Origin: Candidatus Eiseniibacteriota bacterium
Lineage (GTDB): Bacteria > Eisenbacteria > RBG-16-71-46 > CAIMUX01 > VGJL01
Length of the DNA: 64,000 bases
NCBI GenBank assembly: GCA_016867495.1
Contig: VGJL01000002.1
Coordinates: 11,185-75,184, forward strand
Direction of reading: 5' to 3'
Of the stretch, positions 16,744 through 23,297 are shown piece after piece. Positions within the stretch are counted from its first letter, which is position 1. Each line of letters opens with the position of its first letter. The notes beneath the pieces are model-generated. The model was not told where the DNA came from. It was given only the letters and a program-made list of their open reading frames with translations, and did no database searches. Made by a program: the position numbers and the translations under genes.

Positions 16744-17946
16744 ATGATGATCCCCCGAACGCTCGCCACGGTTCTTCGAAGCCGGGCCAAGGACTACCCG
16801 GTCGTCTTTCTGACGGGACCGCGGCAGTCCGGGAAGACGACCCTGGCGCGCTCCACCTTTCCGGACTTCGAGTACCAGTCTCTTGAGGAGCTCGCCACGC
16901 GGCAGTTCGCGCATGAGGACCCCCGCGGGTTTCTTCATCGGCTGAGTGGCTTCCCCGGGGCGATACTCGATGAGGCCCAGAATGCCCCCGCCCTCTTCTC
17001 CTACGTCCAGGGATTCGCGGATGAGGGCAGGGGCGGGCCGCTGATCCTCACGGGGTCGCAGCAGTTTCTTCTCTCCGAGAGGATCTCTCAGTCCCTCGCA
17101 GGTCGCGCGGCTGTTCTTGAGCTGCTTCCGTTCTCCATGGCGGAGCTGGACTTCCGGCCTGCCCGAGAGCCCATCAGTTCCGCGATTCTGAAGGTCGGCC
17201 CCGCCCGTGAGCCGAGATACGACTTGAACACGGCATTGTCGATGGGCTTCTTCCCTCGGATCCACGATCGGGGCCTCGATCCCGCACCATGGTTGGACTC
17301 CTACGTGCGGACTTACGTGGAGCGCGACGTTCGCCTCATCTCCGGCGTGGGCGACCTGGATGCGTTCACCCGCTTCATCGGTCTCTGCGCCGGTCGAGCC
17401 GGGGGGCTCTTGAATCTCTCCTCGCTCGGCGCGGACGCTGGCGTGAGCCATGTCACCGCGAAGAAGTGGATCTCCATTCTCCGGGCGAGCTACGTCATCG
17501 ATCTCGTTCAGCCGCATCACGAGAACTTCTCGAAGCGCTTGATCAAGTCACCCAAGCTGCAGTTCCTGGACTCGGGCCTCTTGTGTTTTCTCCTGGGGAT
17601 TCGCAGCGCGGAGCACCTGGCGAATCACCCGCTTCGGGGCAGGATCTTCGAGAGCTTCGTCTACGCGGAGCTGTTGAAGATCTTCCTCCACCAGGGTCAG
17701 CGGAGTCGCATCTTCTTCTGGCGAGACTCGCGGGGTCGGGAAGTGGATTTTCTGATCGATCTTGGCGCACAGCGAATCCCAGTCGAAGCCAAGATGGGCA
17801 GGACGATACCAAGCGATGCCTTCGCGGACATGGACTGGTACGTGCGTCTGTCCGGGGACGCGAAAGGAGTACTCATCACCGGAGGAAGCGAGGCGTATCG
17901 CCACGGCGTCCACACGGTGCTTCCATGGTTCACTGTGAGCGGATGA
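16744..17946 (+). CDS. AAA+ ATPase (AAA_14-like) with a DUF4143 / PD-(D/E)xK-like C-terminal domain, paralog 3
   Basis: 400 aa with AGGAGG SD before ATGATG. Walker A LTGPRQSGKTT, Walker B AILDEAQ, C-terminal RGREVDFLI...IPVEAKMG. Confidence 0.85.
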   Translation: MMIPRTLATVLRSRAKDYPVVFLTGPRQSGKTTLARSTFPDFEYQSLEELATRQFAHEDPRGFLHRLSGFPGAILDEAQNAPALFSYVQGFADEGRGGPLILTGSQQFLLSERISQSLAGRAAVLELLPFSMAELDFRPAREPISSAILKVGPAREPRYDLNTALSMGFFPRIHDRGLDPAPWLDSYVRTYVERDVRLISGVGDLDAFTRFIGLCAGRAGGLLNLSSLGADAGVSHVTAKKWISILRASYVIDLVQPHHENFSKRLIKSPKLQFLDSGLLCFLLGIRSAEHLANHPLRGRIFESFVYAELLKIFLHQGQRSRIFFWRDSRGREVDFLIDLGAQRIPVEAKMGRTIPSDAFADMDWYVRLSGDAKGVLITGGSEAYRHGVHTVLPWFTVSG

Positions 17947-17968
17947 CCCGCATCCGGACGGAGATCGG

Positions 17969-18053
17969 GCCGCCCGGGAGTCTCCAGATCGCTCTCCGGC
18001 GACCGGGTCTGACGGAAGCCACGGCAAGGCTCGCGCGATCGACCCGGCCGAGA
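17969..18053. repeat. 85-bp structured intergenic repeat, copy B
   Basis: Lies 22 nt after the paralog-3 stop and 35 nt from the convergent comM stop. All 6 differences from copy A fall outside the two outer stems. Confidence 0.8.
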
Positions 18054-18087
18054 GCTCGCGGATAGCGCTCCCACGCCGAGCGCAGGC

Positions 18088-19680
18088 TCAGTCGTCCACG
18101 GATGCGCGATCGAGCACTCGATACCCCACCGCCTCGGCGACATGCTTCTCGCCGACGTCCGTCGCTCCCTCCAGGTCGGCGATCGTGCGGGCGACGCGCA
18201 GGATCCTGTGGTAGGCGCGTCCGGAGAGCCCCAGGCGCTCGGCGGCCATTCGCAGGAGCGCGTGCCCTCTCTGTCCCGGCCAGGCGTGGCGGGTGAGCAG
18301 CCTGAGTCTCATCTGCGCGTTGCAGTGGACTCCGGGCTCGTCCGCGTAGCGCGCCGTCTGGATCTCGCGCGCGGCGATCACCCGTGTCCGGACGGCCGCC
18401 GTCGACTCGCCGTCGCTGGTTCCCGCGATCGCATCGAGCGAGACGCGCGGCACCTCGATGTGGAGGTCGATTCGATCGAGGAGAGGTCCGCTGACGCGGC
18501 CGCGGTAGCGCCGCACCGCGGTCGGCGGGCAGCGACAGGCGCGCCGGGCGTCCCCGAGGTGCCCGCACGGGCACGGATTCATGGAAGCCACGAGGACAAG
18601 CTTCGCCGGAAACGATGCGGAGCCGTGGGCGCGAACGATCGTGATGCTCCCATCCTCAAGCGGCTGCCTGAGCAGATTCAAGGTCATCGGCGAGAACTCG
18701 GGCAGCTCATCGAGGAAGAGAACTCCGTTGTGCGCGAGGCTGACTTCGCCGGGAGCTGGGCTCATCCCGCCGCCGACGAGGCCGGCTCCGCTGATCGATG
18801 AGTGCGGCGCTCGGAATGGACGCTGGCAGAGGAGCCCCGCGCCGGCGGGGACCCGCCCCGCCGCGCTGTAGACGAGGGTCGTCTCGAGACTCTCCTGTTT
18901 CGACATCGGAGGCAGGATCCCGGGGATGCGCTGGGCGAGGAGCGTCTTGCCGCCGCCCGGCGGCCCGATCAAGAGGATGTTGTGACCCCCCGCGACGGCC
19001 ACCTCGAGCGCGCGGCGGGCCATCTGCTGGCCGCGCACGTCGGAGAGATCGGCTTCCGCATCGCGCCGGTCCGCATCCGGCCAAGCGGGAGCGGGGACCG
19101 GCTCGCGCGCGACCGGCAAACGTCCGCCGATGGCCTCGACCGCCTCGCGTAGGTTCTCCACGGGAACCGTCTCGACGCCGTCCACGATCGCGGCCTCCGA
19201 TGCGTTCTCGGCGGGGATCATGAGCCGGCGTCGGGGCTCCGGCGTCGCGGCGACGACCATCGCCATTCCAAGGACACCCCGCACCGCCTTGACGCTGCCG
19301 TCGAGGGAGAGCTCTCCGGCGATCGCCCAGCCGCCGAGCGCCTCGCGCGTGAGGCGCTTCTCCTCGGCGAGGATCGCCAGCGCCACCGGAAGATCGAAGG
19401 TCGCCCCTTCCTTGGGCAGCTCCGCGGGGGAGAGATTGATCGTGATCCGCCGGTCGGGAAACGAGAGGCCGCTCGCCTTGATCGCCGTCTCCACGCGCTC
19501 GCGGCTCTCCCGAATCGAGAGGTCGGGAAGGCCCACGATCGTCGTTCTCGGGTAGCCGTTGCGGACCGAGACCTCGACCGTGACGGGTCGCGCCTCGACG
19601 CCGACCAGGGTGAAGGACGTGACCTGGGAGACCAGGTAGATGATGCCCGGCCGCTCCGCGCGACAGGGGATGAGGCTCAT
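18088..19680 (-). CDS. comM: YifB/ComM family Mg-chelatase-like ATPase
   Basis: 530 aa. N-terminal Lon-like/ChlI region, Walker A LLIGPPGGGKT, Walker B VLFLDELPEF, Cys cluster MNPCPCGHLGD...CRC, and the C-terminal ...AYHRILRVARTIADLEG typical of ComM. Appears intact. Confidence 0.9.
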   Translation of the reverse strand: MSLIPCRAERPGIIYLVSQVTSFTLVGVEARPVTVEVSVRNGYPRTTIVGLPDLSIRESRERVETAIKASGLSFPDRRITINLSPAELPKEGATFDLPVALAILAEEKRLTREALGGWAIAGELSLDGSVKAVRGVLGMAMVVAATPEPRRRLMIPAENASEAAIVDGVETVPVENLREAVEAIGGRLPVAREPVPAPAWPDADRRDAEADLSDVRGQQMARRALEVAVAGGHNILLIGPPGGGKTLLAQRIPGILPPMSKQESLETTLVYSAAGRVPAGAGLLCQRPFRAPHSSISGAGLVGGGMSPAPGEVSLAHNGVLFLDELPEFSPMTLNLLRQPLEDGSITIVRAHGSASFPAKLVLVASMNPCPCGHLGDARRACRCPPTAVRRYRGRVSGPLLDRIDLHIEVPRVSLDAIAGTSDGESTAAVRTRVIAAREIQTARYADEPGVHCNAQMRLRLLTRHAWPGQRGHALLRMAAERLGLSGRAYHRILRVARTIADLEGATDVGEKHVAEAVGYRVLDRASVDD

Positions 19681-19851
19681 CGTCGCTCCCTCATTGAGCC
19701 GATGAGCGCGTGCAAGAATCCGGCCGCCGGACCTGTCGGCTTCCGAACGATCCGGGAAGCGAGCAAGCGCGCCGCGAGGCCCGGCGCCCCCGGAACCTGG
19801 CCGGGCCGAGCGGATGCGCCAAGCGAGCTTCTCGGATGGAATCGAGTCGCT

Positions 19852-20112
19852 CTAGGCGAGGACCTTGTAGACCAGATCCCCGACCCGGGCGTGCTCCTTC
19901 ACGCCGATGCCGATCGACTGCCCCTTCGTCGCGCGCGGGACATTCGTCTTGTCGATCTGCATCGACTCGATCTTCTCGGTGAAGTCGGAGGTGTGCCCCA
20001 CGATCCGGATCGTGTCCCCGACGGCAAGCTCCCCGTCGCTCAACTCGATCGCGGCGACCATGATCTTCCCGAAGTAGTGGGTCACGCGGCCTATCTTGAC
20101 CTCATCCGCCAT
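19852..20112 (-). CDS. Small EF-Tu domain-2-like protein (translation elongation factor-like protein)
   Basis: Trimmed to MADEVKIGRVTHYFGKIMVAAIELSDGELAVGDTIRIVGHTSDF...VGDLVYKV, 86 aa, beta-barrel domain-2 pattern. Confidence 0.55.
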   Translation of the reverse strand: MADEVKIGRVTHYFGKIMVAAIELSDGELAVGDTIRIVGHTSDFTEKIESMQIDKTNVPRATKGQSIGIGVKEHARVGDLVYKVLA

Positions 20113-20198
20113 TTCCGTACCCTCCCCGCGGGCCGGGATCGCTCCCGAGCCCTCTTCGGACACTGGCTGACAGGCCGGCAGTCTACACCATATGGATC

Positions 20199-20909
20199 TC
20201 AGAGGGTGTCTCTCTCGACTGTCGATGCGAGGGCGAAGGCATCGACGGGCGCGGACACGAATCCGATCGGAGTCGCGCCGATCGCCCGCGACATCGACGG
20301 CGCGCCCGGCGTCGCGGGCCGCCCGGCATCGATGCCGGCCAGTCCCCCGTCCGTCACACGATCCGGCGGGCGCTCTTCCGAGCTGGGCGCCATCTCGGGA
20401 CCGGTCGGGCGGCCGGCCTCCACGGCGATCCTCTCCCTACCGCCTCCCGCGTGGCGCGAGCCGAGCCACACTCCTCCGAGGGCGGCCAGGCAAACGAGCG
20501 CCACCGTGGCCGCGGCCGGCACAGGGAGCGAGAAGATCGGCAGGATCCCAAGCCTCCCGACGCGGCCGATCCCTCTCCCGGCCCGGCCGGTCCCTCTCCC
20601 GGCCCGGCCGGTCCCTCTCCCGACACGGTCGACCCGCTTCTCGACGGGGCCGATCCCGCGGAGAGTCGCGGCGAGATCCTCTTCCATCGCCGCGTAGGAC
20701 GCTCGCTCCGGACCGTCCTCCGCCGCGCTCTCGGCCGCGGGCGTCGACGATTCCAGGAGCGCGCGGAGCAGCCTTTCCTCCGACGCGCAGGCGGCGCACT
20801 CGGCGAGATGCTGCTCGAGCAGGATCGCATCCTCCTCTCCGAGCTCATCGCTGAGGCGATCGATGATACGGCCCTGCCAGCTATCGCATGACACCATCAC
20901 TTCCTCCAT
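20199..20909 (-). CDS. Anti-sigma factor (zf-HC2 type) with an internal Gly/Arg heptad repeat
   Basis: The N-terminus ...HLAECAACASEERLL is the zf-HC2 motif. It overlaps the upstream ECF sigma gene by 29 nt. There is a central TM-like segment and a GRGTGRA repeat. Confidence 0.6.
   Translation of the reverse strand: MEEVMVSCDSWQGRIIDRLSDELGEEDAILLEQHLAECAACASEERLLRALLESSTPAAESAAEDGPERASYAAMEEDLAATLRGIGPVEKRVDRVGRGTGRAGRGTGRAGRGIGRVGRLGILPIFSLPVPAAATVALVCLAALGGVWLGSRHAGGGRERIAVEAGRPTGPEMAPSSEERPPDRVTDGGLAGIDAGRPATPGAPSMSRAIGATPIGFVSAPVDAFALASTVERDTL
20550..20633. repeat. 21-bp in-frame tandem repeat inside the anti-sigma gene
   Basis: CCCTCTCCCGGCCCGGCCGGT occurs at 20571-20591 and again, perfectly, at 20592-20612, flanked by degenerate copies. 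It encodes (minus strand) GRGTGRA GRGTGRA GRGIGRV. Confidence 0.8.
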
Positions 20910-21558
20910 CCGCGGCGCCGCGCTCCGCGTAGTCCTCGAGATCGGCTCTTAGCCTTCTCACCGCGAAGTGGAAGCGCGACTTCGCGGTTCCGATCGGGCA
21001 CTGCATGATCTCCGCGATGCGCTCATAGGTGAGCCCCTGGTCGATCTTGAGCAGAAAGACGACGCGGTGATTCGCCGGCATCCGCTCGAGCGCCCGCGAG
21101 ACGCTCGTTCTCAGAGCGCCGGCTTCACGGGCGCGGGCCGGATCCGACGAGACGGGGGCGGCCAGAAGGGCCAGCTTCTCCTCGGGATCCGCGGACGCCG
21201 GTCGCGCGCGCTCCTTCCGCCAATGGCTGTAGGCGAGGTTCGAGGCGATCCGGTAGAACCATCCCGCGACGCTCCCGCGCTGCTCGAACGCCGGCGCCGC
21301 TTTCAGGATCCGAAGAAAGGTCTCCTGCAACAGGTCCTCGCCCGCTTCTCGGGAGCCGGCGGCGCCGCGGAGAAACCGGCCCAGCCGGGGCGCCCACCTC
21401 CGGAAGAGGAGACGGAAGGATGCCTCGTCGCCGGCGGCGACGCCCCTGAGAAGGGCGAGATCGTCCGGCTCCGACTCGCGATCAGATGTCTCGATCACGA
21501 GTTCCTTGCGCATGCCTGTCTGCCCCACGAGGCTCCTCGGTTCCTGGCGATTGGGCAT
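20881..21558 (-). CDS. ECF (sigma-70 family) RNA polymerase sigma factor
   Basis: Region 2 (EDLLQETFLRILKAAPAFE...WFYRIASNLAYSHWRK) and region 4 (LERMPANHRVVFLLKIDQGLTYERIAEIMQCPIGTAKSRFHFAVRRLR). The start is uncertain (the first or a later Met). Confidence 0.85.
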   Translation of the reverse strand: MPNRQEPRSLVGQTGMRKELVIETSDRESEPDDLALLRGVAAGDEASFRLLFRRWAPRLGRFLRGAAGSREAGEDLLQETFLRILKAAPAFEQRGSVAGWFYRIASNLAYSHWRKERARPASADPEEKLALLAAPVSSDPARAREAGALRTSVSRALERMPANHRVVFLLKIDQGLTYERIAEIMQCPIGTAKSRFHFAVRRLRADLEDYAERGAADGGSDGVMR

Positions 21559-21763
21559 CCGTTCGCAGTCGGCTTGGCGTCCGGGCCCGCGCGCGGTACC
21601 CCAGGAGGATAAACGCGCGGGGAGGCCGATTGGTTCAAATGCTCGGTTCAGGTCCCGCCCCGCATGGCGGCCCTGTTCAACCCTTCATGGGTCGCTGGCG
21701 TTATGCTAGTGGCCGCAAAGGGTGCGTGCCGCGAATCGTCCCGCCAGGGACATGGGGGAAGCC

Positions 21764-23110
21764 ATGCGATCCAGGTATGTCGGACTGTCCTCTGGGCTCG
21801 TCGTCGTCGCCTTGGCCTTCGCTTGCCTGCCGGCGGTGGGCCCGGCTCGAGCAGAGGCGACTGCCTCCGCGGGTAGGCACTCGGCCGCCGGCGCGGATCT
21901 CGCGGGACGCCCCGCGGAGATCCTCTCGTGGCGCCATCAGATCCTCGCGCCGGAGCAGTACCAGAGATTGGCGGCGGAGTGGGAAGCGTACGTACAGAAG
22001 CACCCGACCGACGCCAGGGCGATCGTCGAGTGGGGGGATGCCCTGCGCTACTGCGGCAAGCGAGAGGAGGCGGTCAACGCCTATGCGATCGCCTACCAGA
22101 CCGACTCCACGGACGCCGCGGCGATCACGGCCCACGTGCAGCACGGCATCTGCGGCGACTATGAGAACGCCGACTGGAATCGCGCGAAGCGAATGTATAT
22201 GCGCGCCGTCGAGAGCGATCCAACCTACCCCGACACCTATTACATGCTATGGTTCACGGCGCTGAGAACGGGGGATTCCGCGCTGGCGGGGAAGTGCCTC
22301 GCCCGGACCGTCGAGCTGGGCGACATGCCGCGTCCCCTGGTGGACTTCGGCTACAACATGCTTGCGGGCGCTCCCGAGAACGCGATCGTCCTCACGAACG
22401 GCGACAACGACACCTATCCCCCTCTCGCCGTGCAGAGCACGATCGGCTTCCGGACCGATGTGAGCATCGTCAATCTCTCGCTTCTGAACGTGAAGTGGTA
22501 CATCCGCCACCTCCGGGACGCGGGCGTCCCGTTCGGACTCGATGACAGGGCGATCGAGAAGCTCCAGCACGCGGAGGGGAAGGTCATCTCAATGCAGGCT
22601 CAGGAAGCCCTTCTGGCGAGTCTGAGAAAGGGCCGCTCGCCGCGCCCCCTTCTCTATGCGGCCTCGGTCATGGAGCAGAACAGGGCGCTGAAGGGCCCCT
22701 CCAGAGTCGACGGACTGCTGGAGTGGATCGTGGAAGCCGAACAGACCCCGCGCGCCGTCGGAGAGTTCGATCTCGATCACACCCGCATCCTCCTTGACAG
22801 GATCTACCGATTGGATGGCATCACGGACCCGCTCATCGACTGGGAGCGCGAGAACTCGGTGGCGAAGCTCGGTCTCAACTATGTCGTCCTTCTCTCGAAG
22901 GTGGGGGAGGGGCTTCTCGCCGAGAACAGGCCTCCCGAGGCGGCCCCCTATCTCCTCAAGGCGGTCTCGATCCTTGCCTTCCATGATCGGCCGGAAAAGG
23001 CACGGGAAGTCGTCGAGGTCTGGAGGAAGACGGATCCCGGCTCGCCTCTCCTGGCCGAAGCCCTGCGGCTGATCGAGCGGGCGGACGGGCGCGCGGCGCC
23101 GGGGCGCTGA
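21764..23110 (+). CDS. Exported TPR-like protein with a TNGDNDTYP motif (DUF2723-like C-terminal region)
   Basis: Trimmed to MRSRYVGLSSGLVVVALAFACLPAVGPARA (signal peptide). Helical repeat region, then AIVLTNGDNDTYPPLAVQ. Function unknown. Confidence 0.5.
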   Translation: MRSRYVGLSSGLVVVALAFACLPAVGPARAEATASAGRHSAAGADLAGRPAEILSWRHQILAPEQYQRLAAEWEAYVQKHPTDARAIVEWGDALRYCGKREEAVNAYAIAYQTDSTDAAAITAHVQHGICGDYENADWNRAKRMYMRAVESDPTYPDTYYMLWFTALRTGDSALAGKCLARTVELGDMPRPLVDFGYNMLAGAPENAIVLTNGDNDTYPPLAVQSTIGFRTDVSIVNLSLLNVKWYIRHLRDAGVPFGLDDRAIEKLQHAEGKVISMQAQEALLASLRKGRSPRPLLYAASVMEQNRALKGPSRVDGLLEWIVEAEQTPRAVGEFDLDHTRILLDRIYRLDGITDPLIDWERENSVAKLGLNYVVLLSKVGEGLLAENRPPEAAPYLLKAVSILAFHDRPEKAREVVEVWRKTDPGSPLLAEALRLIERADGRAAPGR

Positions 23111-23297
23111 GGCCGGTCCCGCCCGGCGCCGTCCGGCACTGTCCGGGCCCCTCGGCCCGTCCACAGCTGCCCGGCCCCTCCGGCCAGTCCAGCCCTGTCC
23201 GCCCCGGAATCGCTGAACATCTGGACCCGGGGACGCGTCATTACCTATTGTGCCGCGTGGCAAGGGGTCCCCGGGAGGGGAGTCCGGGAAGGTGTCG

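Larger units (their letters stand above)
13461..18053. other. Accessory block: three tandem ATPase-nuclease-like paralogs with low-GC promoter islands and structured repeats, abutting the comM 3' end
   Basis: The left edge is the junction of two gene remnants (about 13461-13477). The right edge is the 85-bp repeat copy that ends 35 nt from the comM stop. Local AT-rich stretches (about 13740-13820, 15130-15262, 16590-16690) stand out against the GC-rich background. No integrase or transposase was seen. Confidence 0.4.

Noticed and set aside
13821-18053. Integron-like cassette array (same-strand ORFs each followed by an imperfect-dyad element resembling attC)
   Set aside because: No IntI integrase or attI in the window. 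The repeats lack recognisable R''/R' core sites (RYYYAAC / GTTRRRY). Each gene has its own promoter-like AT-rich island, unlike promoterless cassettes.
18088-19680. comM as an interrupted integration target, as in comM-inserted genomic islands
   Set aside because: The comM ORF is full length (530 aa) with all motifs. The accessory block lies beyond its 3' end rather than inside it, so only a loose hotspot analogy remains.
20550-20633. Possible CRISPR-like or other spaced repeat array
   Set aside because: The units are contiguous with no spacers, only 21 bp long, in frame within a coding sequence, and encode a Gly/Arg heptad. No cas genes or repeat-spacer architecture occur anywhere in the window.
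23111-23207. 10-nt phased G(Y)CCGG hexamers in the intergenic region after the TPR-like gene
   Set aside because: Only the first four copies (23113, 23123, 23133, 23143) are strictly phased. The motif is essentially CCGG in about 75% GC DNA, with no dyad partner or flanking conservation, so it is most simply low-complexity sequence.
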